Under the pieces are notes generated by a model. That model was not told the origin of the DNA, searched no databases, and saw nothing but the letters and a program-made list of their open reading frames with translations. Shown here piece by piece: positions 38,669-47,855 of a stretch of 64,000 nt of DNA. Source of the DNA: Betaproteobacteria bacterium TMED22 (GTDB taxonomy: Bacteria; Pseudomonadota; Gammaproteobacteria; Burkholderiales; Eutrophovitaceae); contig NHCB01000006.1 of NCBI GenBank assembly GCA_002167745.1, positions 49,402 to 113,401 on the forward strand, given 5' to 3'. Each line of letters begins with the position of its first letter. Positions within the stretch are counted from its first letter, which is position 1. Made by a program: the position numbers and the translations under genes.

Positions 38669-39661
38669 TTGCAGCCTAAAAAAAAGAAATTCTTTGGAGG
38701 AGTGAAAAGAAAATTTAATCTCGTTAAATGTCGAGTTTTAGTTGTAACATTAATTTTTCCTTTCTGCACCGTATCAGCTGAAATCCTGAAACTGGAACAA
38801 AACGTATGGACCCTTTTAGGGGATGGATACAGCATTAATGCCGACAATAAAGGGAGAGTTACAAACATAGGATATATCGAGACGAAAGAAAGCGGCATCA
38901 TAGTCAATACCGGTATCTCACACAATCATGCCAAGCAAATAATGCTAAAGATCAGTGAAATATCGAACAAAAAAAAGTTAAATGCAATCATCACCGAGGG
39001 TACACAAAAATTTGCCCTTGGAGCGTTAAGTTTCGAAAAATTCGGGGTGAAGACCTACGCCCACCCAAGGGCTACCTCTCAAATGGCTCAACGATGCATC
39101 TATTGCATACAATATCTAGAGGAGGCTCTTGGTAAAGAGGAAATGGAATATACTGGAGTTGATTCGCCAAGAAATATTAATCTATTGGATCTAACATCGC
39201 ATGGTTCTATGAGCGACGTAATAGTCATTGATCACGGCGATACAAAATCATCAGGCTCCATAATGGTTTACCACACTCCATCTGCAGTACTATTTGCTGG
39301 TGACATAGTTTTTAGTCGGGTAGTTCCCAATATTAAAGAGAGCAACCTTGTTCAATGGAAAAGATCACTTAAACTTCTTCGCGAATTACCTATTTCCGTT
39401 ATCATTTCCGGGGTTGGGCCGAAACTAAAAAAGTCAGCAATAGACGACTCTCTAGACTACCTTGAAGCGCTAGACGTCGCGACTAAACGGCTCTATGAAG
39501 AGAACCAAGACCTACTGAGTGCAACAAAAAATGCAGATCTACCTCAGTTTTCAAATTGGAGCCTGTACAATGAGCGTCACTCAAACAACGTAATGTATCG
39601 CTATCTTCAAATAGAAGAAGACGAACTAACCATCAAACAACAACCAGAAATCCAGAACTAA
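38669..39661 (+). CDS. Periplasmic MBL-fold paralog with degenerate metal-binding motifs (relay-system metallohydrolase 1-like)
   Basis: It aligns by eye along its length with the 37664-38629 product (NIGYIE/NIGFIV, FAGDIVFS/WAGDIVFS, ERHSNNVMYRY/YHRRNVTTSY). However, HVHPDH is replaced by EGTQKF and GHG by GVG. The start is uncertain: TTG 38669 or GTG 38702. Confidence 0.7.
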   Translation: MQPKKKKFFGGVKRKFNLVKCRVLVVTLIFPFCTVSAEILKLEQNVWTLLGDGYSINADNKGRVTNIGYIETKESGIIVNTGISHNHAKQIMLKISEISNKKKLNAIITEGTQKFALGALSFEKFGVKTYAHPRATSQMAQRCIYCIQYLEEALGKEEMEYTGVDSPRNINLLDLTSHGSMSDVIVIDHGDTKSSGSIMVYHTPSAVLFAGDIVFSRVVPNIKESNLVQWKRSLKLLRELPISVIISGVGPKLKKSAIDDSLDYLEALDVATKRLYEENQDLLSATKNADLPQFSNWSLYNERHSNNVMYRYLQIEEDELTIKQQPEIQN

Positions 39662-39726
39662 CTCTATTTAGGTAAGGCCTACTGGCAATTACGATTAGAC
39701 GGATCTGAACTGCAGACACAATAATT

Positions 39727-40284
39727 ATGGGTAATCGACTTACGAAAATTTATACCAAAACCGGAGATACTGGTTCAACCGGACTCGGGGACGGCACAAG
39801 AACATTAAAATGCAGCGATCGCATCGAAGCAATTGGAACGGTTGATGAACTGAACTGCATTATTGGAGTACTTTTATGTGAAGCGCTTCCAGACGAGATA
39901 TCTGAGTTTTTCACCAAAGTACAACACCAATTGTTTGACCTAGGAAGTGAACTCAGCGTTCCAGGTTATATCGCATTATCAGATGAGAGCGTATCAACAA
40001 TCGAAAAAAAGCTTGATGCTATTAATCAGCATTTAAGCCCACTAAAAGAATTTATATTGCCAGGTGGATCCCGCCCAGCTGCACTATGTCACCAAGCCAG
40101 AGCCGTTTGTCGTCGCGCTGAGCGGTGTGTAATCCGCTTAGAACAAAAAGATCACGTATCAGAATTCTCAAGAAAATATCTAAACCGCCTATCGGATTAC
40201 TTATTCGTTGCCTGCCGATCAATCAATCAATCATTGAACGTCAAGGACGTGTATTGGGCAAGTCATAGAACTCAAGGCAAGTAA
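39727..40284 (+). CDS. ATP:cob(I)alamin adenosyltransferase, PduO type
   Basis: 185 aa with IYTKTGDTGSTGL…ELN…LF.LG.EL…FILPGG. Confidence 0.88.
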   Translation: MGNRLTKIYTKTGDTGSTGLGDGTRTLKCSDRIEAIGTVDELNCIIGVLLCEALPDEISEFFTKVQHQLFDLGSELSVPGYIALSDESVSTIEKKLDAINQHLSPLKEFILPGGSRPAALCHQARAVCRRAERCVIRLEQKDHVSEFSRKYLNRLSDYLFVACRSINQSLNVKDVYWASHRTQGK

Positions 40285-40306
40285 GATGTTATCTTTACAT
40301 ATCATC

Positions 40307-41161
40307 TTAAAATGCTACAATTTTGGTACACAGTATCTCAAGACCATCTAAAAACCGCGGACTAAGACGCATCAAAAGGTCTGGATCAGATTCAATACTC
40401 TTCAAAGCGATAGAGCGATGAAACCAGCCCTTAGAGCTCGCTTCCAAGTCGTCAGTCAGCTCTAGACCGGTTAAATTTAAAATCAAATCAGCCTCTGATA
40501 AGAGCATAGTCTCGATAGAAATAGAGCCTGCAGTAAACGGATATTTTTCTCCAACGTTAGTGACTCCGCAAAGCTTAAGTGCTTCGTTAATATAGTGATC
40601 GTGGCCGATAGTAAAAATTGGCTTATCCCAAATTTTGATAAAAACTTTTCTTTCATGATCGAGATCTCTCTTATGATCAAAGCTCGAAATTCTATTTTTA
40701 ATCGAAATAATAAGCTCATCAGCAATTTTTTCTGTTCCGAAGAGCCGACTGACCACAGCAATTTGATGTTCAATATCACTAAGATTACTCGCCGAAAAAA
40801 TATGCACTGGGATACCGAGGCTTTTCAGTTTTACTATATCTGGCCTCCGGTTACCCTCTTTCCAAGCCAGTACAATTGTCGGCTCCAGATTGATGAGTGC
40901 TTCAAAATCGATTCCATTAAATCCACCGACAATCGGGTGCTTGGTAGCCTCAACTGGATAATTAGTTCCTGCCATAACGCCTACCACGTACCCACCTGCA
41001 CCAGACGCGTACACAATTTCTGCTAGATGGGGAGATAAGGTTACAATTCGATGCGACTTATCCGATTCATCCTGAGCCAAAGACTCCCGCGTCTCACTGA
41101 GACTGACACCAAGAGTAATAAACGCGAAAAAGAAAGATAGTATTCTCAATCTTATCTGCAC
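40307..41161 (-). CDS. Periplasmic binding protein, BtuF/cluster-8 (cobalamin or siderophore type)
   Basis: Signal peptide and RIVTLSPHLAEIVYASGAG…VGV, a BtuF-like N-lobe. No permease or ATPase gene is adjacent. Confidence 0.65.
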   Translation of the reverse strand: MQIRLRILSFFFAFITLGVSLSETRESLAQDESDKSHRIVTLSPHLAEIVYASGAGGYVVGVMAGTNYPVEATKHPIVGGFNGIDFEALINLEPTIVLAWKEGNRRPDIVKLKSLGIPVHIFSASNLSDIEHQIAVVSRLFGTEKIADELIISIKNRISSFDHKRDLDHERKVFIKIWDKPIFTIGHDHYINEALKLCGVTNVGEKYPFTAGSISIETMLLSEADLILNLTGLELTDDLEASSKGWFHRSIALKSIESDPDLLMRLSPRFLDGLEILCTKIVAF

Positions 41162-41195
41162 CGATCAAGAAAAAACCCTCGAGATCGAAAACTTC

Positions 41196-42644
41196 TCATG
41201 AGAGATCTGTGCCACCCACTGTAAGGCCATCAATACGTAACGTAGGTTGCCCAACTCCTACCGGAACGCTTTGACCATCCTTGCCACATGTACCTACACC
41301 AGAGTCAAGGGACATATCGTTACCAATCATAGATACCCGGGTTAAAACATCTGGACCATTGCCAATTAATGTTGCGCCCTTAACAGGCCTGGTAATTTTT
41401 CCATCCTTTATAAGGTAAGCTTCAGAGGCAGAAAATACAAACTTACCACTAACAATATCGACCTGACCGCCACCAAAATTTGTTGCGTATATCCCATTAG
41501 GAACAGAGGACAAAATCTCGTCTCGCTCCATCGTTCCATTGAGCATGTACGTATTTGTCATTCTAGGCATGGGTACGTGAGCATAAGACTCACGGCGTCC
41601 GTTGCCCGTAGGTGGCACTCCCATCAATCGCGCATTTAACGTGTCTTGCATGTAACCGCATAAAATACCATCTTCAATCAGCACAGTTTTAGCCGTTGGC
41701 GTACCTTCATCGTCAACAGAAAGCGAACCTCGTCGGTCCGGAATGGTTCCATCATCCACCACTGTCACACCTTTCGCAGCAACACGCTCACCAATACGTC
41801 CTGAGAAGGCGGAGCTACCTTTTCGATTAAAGTCACCCTCCAACCCATGACCAATTGCTTCATGCAATAAAATTCCCGGCCAGCCTGAACCTAAGACAAC
41901 CGTCATTTCACCGGCGGGCGCAGGTCCAGCATCCATATTGATTAGTGCCTGATCGACTGCTTTTTGCGCATAATCCTTTAATCGCTCATCGTTAAAGTAA
42001 TCGTAAGAGAACCGGCCACCACCACCAAATGAACCTTGTTCTCGGCGGCCTTTATGTTCAATAATTACCTGGATAGACAAACGAATCAGAGGTCTAACAT
42101 CGCTAACGATATGCCCGTCAAGCCGGGTTACTAAAATGGTATCGTGAACAGCCGCCAAATTGGCAACGACTTGGGTGACTCTCGTGTCAATCTGTCGCGC
42201 ATAGCCCTCTATCTTCTCCAAAAGACGTATTTTTTCTTTATTTGAAAAACCGAGTAATGGATCTTCGCTGGAGTATAGAGGCGGCGATACACTTACTCTC
42301 GTTGGCATTGCCTGCGTCGTGCCTTGATCAGCAATCGCTTTTGTTGCGTCTAAAGCCGAATGAATCGCCGGAATAGAAATCTCATCGGTATAAGCGAACG
42401 CAGTTTTTTCATCAACGATAGCGCGAGCACCTACGCCTTGGTCAATGTTAAAACTCCCAACTTTGACGATTCCATCTTCAATGGACCATGATTCCGATCG
42501 ACTGTACTGAAAATACAAATCTGCGTAATCAAGTTTCCGAGTTGCAATGCGGGAAAACAAATTAGGCAATGCATCCAAACTAAGTCCTCCAGGACTCAAA
42601 ATAACTTCACTCGCATGCTCCATATTTCTATCGCTAACATTCAT
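41196..42644 (-). CDS. tldD: Metalloprotease TldD
   Basis: 482 aa with the HEAIGH zinc motif and a GxC…C-terminal region. It lies downstream of yhdP, as in E. coli. Confidence 0.94.
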   Translation of the reverse strand: MNVSDRNMEHASEVILSPGGLSLDALPNLFSRIATRKLDYADLYFQYSRSESWSIEDGIVKVGSFNIDQGVGARAIVDEKTAFAYTDEISIPAIHSALDATKAIADQGTTQAMPTRVSVSPPLYSSEDPLLGFSNKEKIRLLEKIEGYARQIDTRVTQVVANLAAVHDTILVTRLDGHIVSDVRPLIRLSIQVIIEHKGRREQGSFGGGGRFSYDYFNDERLKDYAQKAVDQALINMDAGPAPAGEMTVVLGSGWPGILLHEAIGHGLEGDFNRKGSSAFSGRIGERVAAKGVTVVDDGTIPDRRGSLSVDDEGTPTAKTVLIEDGILCGYMQDTLNARLMGVPPTGNGRRESYAHVPMPRMTNTYMLNGTMERDEILSSVPNGIYATNFGGGQVDIVSGKFVFSASEAYLIKDGKITRPVKGATLIGNGPDVLTRVSMIGNDMSLDSGVGTCGKDGQSVPVGVGQPTLRIDGLTVGGTDLS

Positions 42645-42665
42645 ATTTCTTTTACCACTGGTTAG

Positions 42666-42698
<33 letters not shown>

Positions 42699-42727
42699 AT
42701 ATATCTTTTCAAGCTTGTAACTCAGTA

Positions 42728-45700
42728 TTACTCCCGCGATCCACGTTGTACACGACTCACGTCTGGTTCACTCCAATTGCCCTTTACACGATAATGCCTT
42801 GTCGCAATCCGATCAAATGGGTTGCCGAGCAATTTTTGCGCCAAATAAGTCGCTAAACCTACTGCTGGATTCGCCGCGACAGCTCCTGCCACTGAAGCAG
42901 CACCTGAAATTTTTGGCGTAACGAAAACCTCTAAATCCTGCTCCTTCTTCACTAAATTCGCCGTACCGGCAATCGCTACTGACGCGGAAGTACCATCCAT
43001 GAGCAGTTTATCAGTTCGCGCAGTTCCATCTGAAACAACCACCTCAGAGGTAATATAATCGAAACTGAATCCCGATGAAAACACATCTCGAAAATCAAGG
43101 GTTATACGCCTTGGTAGTGCCTGTAAACTCAGAAGACTAATAATATGCCCGGCTCCAGGATTAATTTTCAAAAACCGTCCGTCCCGTACCTCGAGGTTAA
43201 GTGTTCCATTTAACGTTTCCAAATCTAATGAAAACGGACTACCTTGCCAACTTACAGAACCAATAAGCCTCCCAACACCCCCATCCATATGCTCCGTACC
43301 GTCCACACTAAAGAGATACTGACCAACATCTTCCACGTTAAACTCTACATCATATTCAGCACGTGGCTCTAAGCCAGGTCGCCATTCCCCGCGCATAGTC
43401 AGCGTTCCAACATCCGTGATGGTGGAGAGTTCACTAATATCCCAGCGCCCATTGCTCGGTGTCGCTTGAAAGGTAACTGCGCCTCGCCGAAAACCATCAA
43501 GTTCAAACTCATCAATGACTGCATCAATAGCTATTAGCGGCAAATCAACTTCGCCTTTTTTTGTTACAAGTTGCTGTCTGGAACCTGATCTTGCCATCGC
43601 TAATCGTGTCATATAGGCAGACAGCTTAGCTTGATCAGTACCATAACCACTGAACGCAATCTTCCCTGATGCTTTTTCGCTGTTAATAGAGAATAAACCA
43701 TCATTCTTTAAGAACTGACCATTGACCTTAACGTTGTCGTACGCATAGCCAAACACATCAACACGATCAATTTGCGCATCAACCAATACAGTCATCGGGG
43801 AAAAACCACTTAAACCCTCTTTCTTTCTCTTATCAAAAAAATGACGCCAGCCATCCACATCTAATTGAGGTATTTTTCCTCCGATAAGTAAGACGTTGTC
43901 CTCAACGAAATTCGCACTATTAATAGTTCCTCTTACTAGATTACGATTAAAAAAAACAAAATTTGCGACTTTACTGTTACTACTTGAGAAAGTTATTTCG
44001 CGAAGGCCCGATTTTTTTGATACGTATCCAACCTTCAAGGGTTGCGTCATACCGTCTAACCTATCTAGAGGGCTAGGCAACTCCGCGACTAGACGCTCTA
44101 GTCCGAGACTGAGATCCATTTTAAGTTCATCTGGTCTAAACTCTAGGACTCCCGATGATTTGATCTGGCCAGACAACTCGATTGGGAACCTAAGATAATC
44201 CATAAACGCCTTAGCAGACACATCAGACTCGAATTCAACCCTTCCCAAGCCGCGCTCCACAGGCTGAGAAGCAAAGGTGGTCTGACTGTCAAATATTCGG
44301 GCCTGCCCGGCACGAATAGTCATCGCACGCTTATTAAATTCGACCAAAGTCTCGAAATCTTTGAACTCAGGCGCTCTGTCGGTTATGTTCAGACTTGAGC
44401 CGGCGAGGTTGATCACACCATTCACCTGTGTGTTTTTACGATTCGAGAGCGGAATCCTTAAGCTTAGGTCAAGCTTTCCGAATCCTTCGCCAACCATGTT
44501 CTTGAAAACACCCTTAGTGGCCTTATTAAGCGGACTCTCGTTCACATATCGAACCAGATCTGCAACTGTTGCTGTGGCCATTCCACTCAACGTGAGAGCA
44601 GCCTGAGGTGTACCAGTTTTTTCGATTTTAAGCGAGCTATCGGACACATCAACTCCAAAAATATTAGCATCGGTCGGGGAAAAAACTATTTGATGATCCT
44701 TGTAACTAAAACGACCACTTATATTTTCTACCTTAGGCCAACCTCCACCAATCTCGATGCCCCCCTGCTTAACGTCAGCATCGACCTCAAAATGAGCTCC
44801 ATCACGAGTAAAAAAAGAAGTGGACATTTCCCCCGTCGCCGTTATCAGTACATTTTCAGCCGTACCTGAACGCACACGCTTTTCGAGCCACTTCTTTGTT
44901 TTCTGTAACTTTTTAGGTAGATAAAAAGGCAATCGACTTAAATCAATCCTATTGACTTTCACCTGAAGATCGAGAGTCCCTTCCTCAAGACCTTTAAACA
45001 CATTGGCTCTTGCTGCAGCAGTACCCGTGAGGTCCGCGTTTAAGAATGAGACATCGGTCATATTAATCTCCCATTCTCGGGAGATTTTTGTTCCGGTAAA
45101 CATCGATTTAAACTGTGAGAAATACAACGGCTGTGAGAAAAACACCGATGCATCGAGTGTCACATCACTTGAATCAATATCGACTATAAATTCATCTTCC
45201 CCATATTTCACAGCGCCAGTCAATCCTTGAATTCCAGGGTGTTTCTCTGACGCATATAACCCAACATTATCAAAACGTGCTTGTAAAGCGATGTCCTTCA
45301 TTGAAAACGGTCCGGCACCCACGTTCCATGAAATGTCGATCAGATTCAATACCCCACCTGGCAAAACACGCTCCATTAAAGCCATGTAATTTGGATTTAC
45401 TAATACGCGGCTACCAAGTAATTTACACAAATCTAGAGATAAGTCACGAGTTACAACTTGATTTCTCCCAGATACAAGATCTCTGTCTACTTGAATGACG
45501 TCTAAATGCGCTGATAATCCACTATCAAATAAAGCAAAGACATCAGAAAATGTAATCGCCTGTTTGTCTTTAGAAGAATTCCAGGAAACCTGAAAAGAGC
45601 TTTGAGACACTCCTAGCGGACTAATACCTTCTGACCGCTTAAGCGAAAAATCACTCACTCGCATGTCCATAGCAACAGACTGAGACTTCGTGCCATCGAT

Positions 45701-46549
45701 ATTAGCGATACCCCGAGAACTCAGAACGGATTTATTCATCTCGACTGAAGATGGAAGCCAATTTACAAATGGAGACATCCGTAAAGCAGAAACTTCCCAA
45801 GAGACAGCCCCCTTAAAGGTGGCACCATCGGTAAGTTCTAAAAGATTCGAAGTTTCGACACTCAATGTGATTGCCTCGTACCAACTATTTTGGGCTTCAC
45901 TCGTTAGAACAATACTCGTGTCATCTTCTGTGAATTTCGCCACCAACAACACATCATTGAATGTCATGAAATAATTATTTGAACGCTCATCCGTAAAAGT
46001 AAGCTCACCCCCTAAAATTTCGACCTGGTTTTGCCGAACCAGCCACTTCAGTATAGATCCATCGTCTATATTGCTCATTGGGAATAATCGCTTCCCGCTA
46101 ATCCATATTGCGTTATTTATATCTCTTTTGATCGCAAGACTCGGGCTAAATAACTTAATTTTTAAAAGGTCAATGTCCCCCCATAACAAAGCCATCGTGG
46201 ATACACGAACTTCAAGCCTATCTAATTCGAAAAACGAGTCTCCTTGTTTATCAGAAACATCGACATCGTAAAAAGTTAAATTTGGATGCAACCCGCGCCA
46301 ATGCGCTTCGATCGCACCGAGTCGCACAGTTTGTTGGGCAGAATCAGACAACCTTTGAGATATCCATTCTCTGTGATTATCAATGTTCGGTATTAGATAG
46401 AATCTGATAGAAGCAATGCCGGCCAAAAGCATAAGAAGAAAAAGGACCAAAAGGACCCAAATGATCTTTAAAGACTTAAAAGAGGACTTTCTTTTATCTT
46501 CAGAGTTATTCGATAGACTCAAAGTGCTATCCCAGTCGATTCGCTGCAA
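42728..46549 (-). CDS. yhdP: YhdP-family AsmA-like envelope protein
   Basis: 1273 aa with an N-terminal TM anchor and a very long beta-rich periplasmic body. The C-terminal end (…YRVKGNWSEP…) and synteny with tldD support the call. Confidence 0.8.
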   Translation of the reverse strand: MQRIDWDSTLSLSNNSEDKRKSSFKSLKIIWVLLVLFLLMLLAGIASIRFYLIPNIDNHREWISQRLSDSAQQTVRLGAIEAHWRGLHPNLTFYDVDVSDKQGDSFFELDRLEVRVSTMALLWGDIDLLKIKLFSPSLAIKRDINNAIWISGKRLFPMSNIDDGSILKWLVRQNQVEILGGELTFTDERSNNYFMTFNDVLLVAKFTEDDTSIVLTSEAQNSWYEAITLSVETSNLLELTDGATFKGAVSWEVSALRMSPFVNWLPSSVEMNKSVLSSRGIANIDGTKSQSVAMDMRVSDFSLKRSEGISPLGVSQSSFQVSWNSSKDKQAITFSDVFALFDSGLSAHLDVIQVDRDLVSGRNQVVTRDLSLDLCKLLGSRVLVNPNYMALMERVLPGGVLNLIDISWNVGAGPFSMKDIALQARFDNVGLYASEKHPGIQGLTGAVKYGEDEFIVDIDSSDVTLDASVFFSQPLYFSQFKSMFTGTKISREWEINMTDVSFLNADLTGTAAARANVFKGLEEGTLDLQVKVNRIDLSRLPFYLPKKLQKTKKWLEKRVRSGTAENVLITATGEMSTSFFTRDGAHFEVDADVKQGGIEIGGGWPKVENISGRFSYKDHQIVFSPTDANIFGVDVSDSSLKIEKTGTPQAALTLSGMATATVADLVRYVNESPLNKATKGVFKNMVGEGFGKLDLSLRIPLSNRKNTQVNGVINLAGSSLNITDRAPEFKDFETLVEFNKRAMTIRAGQARIFDSQTTFASQPVERGLGRVEFESDVSAKAFMDYLRFPIELSGQIKSSGVLEFRPDELKMDLSLGLERLVAELPSPLDRLDGMTQPLKVGYVSKKSGLREITFSSSNSKVANFVFFNRNLVRGTINSANFVEDNVLLIGGKIPQLDVDGWRHFFDKRKKEGLSGFSPMTVLVDAQIDRVDVFGYAYDNVKVNGQFLKNDGLFSINSEKASGKIAFSGYGTDQAKLSAYMTRLAMARSGSRQQLVTKKGEVDLPLIAIDAVIDEFELDGFRRGAVTFQATPSNGRWDISELSTITDVGTLTMRGEWRPGLEPRAEYDVEFNVEDVGQYLFSVDGTEHMDGGVGRLIGSVSWQGSPFSLDLETLNGTLNLEVRDGRFLKINPGAGHIISLLSLQALPRRITLDFRDVFSSGFSFDYITSEVVVSDGTARTDKLLMDGTSASVAIAGTANLVKKEQDLEVFVTPKISGAASVAGAVAANPAVGLATYLAQKLLGNPFDRIATRHYRVKGNWSEPDVSRVQRGSRE

Positions 46550-46732
46550 TTAAGCAACGCAGTAAGAATTTGGATACATACCGCAAGACTAAACAAATTA
46601 TGACCTTAAATCTATCTGGTTTATCATTATTCCTGATACTTTGAGGCGCGTCTCACAACATCGAGTCAAATATGCGCTAAACTTTCGGATTTTAAATTAA
46701 GGCAAACTAAGCCTCACGGGGGATTATAAGAC

Positions 46733-47653
46733 ATGTCCATGGCAGATAGAGACGGGACGATTTGGCACGACGGGAAGATGGTGCCATGGCGCGACGCTAC
46801 AACCCACGTGTTGACGCATTCATTGCATTACGGATTAGCAGTTTTTGAGGGATTAAGAGCCTACGACACTCCTAAGGGGCCAGCAATTTTTCGTCTCAAA
46901 GAGCACGTCGATAGACTTTTCGCGTCCGCACATATTTATATGATGCCGATGCCTTATTCCAAAGAAGTGATAGAAAAAGCCTGTAAAGATGTTGTAAGAG
47001 AAAACAATCTAGATTCATGCTATATCCGACCAATCGGATTTTATGGGTCTGAAAAAATGGGAGTCTCTCCAAAAGGCGCAACGGTGCACGTCTCAATTGC
47101 GGCTTGGCCATGGGGGGCCTACCTTGGAAGCGAAGGTATTGAGAAAGGCATACGCGTCAAAACATCCAGCTTTTCAAGACACCATGTCAACGTTACAATG
47201 TGTCGAGCTAAATACTCTGGCACCTATGCCAATTCAATCCTTGCGAATCAAGAGGCTATAGACGAAGGTTATGATGAGGCCTTGCTACTCGACGTAGACG
47301 GCTTTGTTGCTGAAGGTGCTGGGGAAAACTTGTTTATTGTGAAAAATAATACGATTTATGAGCCTGAATTAACGTCCGCACTGATGGGTATTACGAGAGA
47401 TACAGTGCTCACCCTTGCGAATGCAGAGGGCATTAAGGTTGAATCAAAACGACTAACTCGGGACGATATATATACTGCCGACGAAGCATTTTTCACAGGC
47501 ACCGCTGCAGAGGTCACACCGATACGAGAATTAGATCGACGCGCCATAGGAAGTGCAACACGTGGGCCAATTACCGAAAGAATTCAAAAGCAATTCTTTG
47601 ATATTGTTAATGGTAAATCTTCCACGTATGACAAATGGTTAACGTATGTCTGA
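46733..47653 (+). CDS. ilvE: Branched-chain amino acid aminotransferase
   Basis: 306 aa with HYGLAVFEG.RAY…R.KEH..RL…YIRP…KY.G.Y…EG.GEN.F…TGTAAEV. Confidence 0.95.
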   Translation: MSMADRDGTIWHDGKMVPWRDATTHVLTHSLHYGLAVFEGLRAYDTPKGPAIFRLKEHVDRLFASAHIYMMPMPYSKEVIEKACKDVVRENNLDSCYIRPIGFYGSEKMGVSPKGATVHVSIAAWPWGAYLGSEGIEKGIRVKTSSFSRHHVNVTMCRAKYSGTYANSILANQEAIDEGYDEALLLDVDGFVAEGAGENLFIVKNNTIYEPELTSALMGITRDTVLTLANAEGIKVESKRLTRDDIYTADEAFFTGTAAEVTPIRELDRRAIGSATRGPITERIQKQFFDIVNGKSSTYDKWLTYV

Positions 47654-47855
47654 TCTTCCTGCCACACATGAAGAGGCTCGCCAGACAGGCTCCGCTTCCA
47701 CAAGTAAAACCTTTAAAATCAAAAAATCCGACTTGCCTCTATCTTGTCCGCCTGCATCGATCCCTGGATGGAGTCATCACCCACGTATTTTTTTAGATTT
47801 CAACGGTAAACAGGCGACATGTCCTTACTGTGGCGCACGGTATGAGCTAGATTAA
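47646..47855 (+). CDS. Zinc-finger (zf-CHCC type) domain protein
   Basis: 69 aa with LSCPP…HPRIFLDF…CPYCGARYE. It overlaps the ilvE stop by 8 nt. Confidence 0.7.
   Translation: MSDLPATHEEARQTGSASTSKTFKIKKSDLPLSCPPASIPGWSHHPRIFLDFNGKQATCPYCGARYELD

Noticed and set aside
40483-41026. ORFs 40483-40779 (-) and 40595-41026 (+) within the BtuF-like gene
   Set aside because: These are alternative frames of the same locus. The 284-aa frame has a signal peptide and the binding-protein motif; these two do not.
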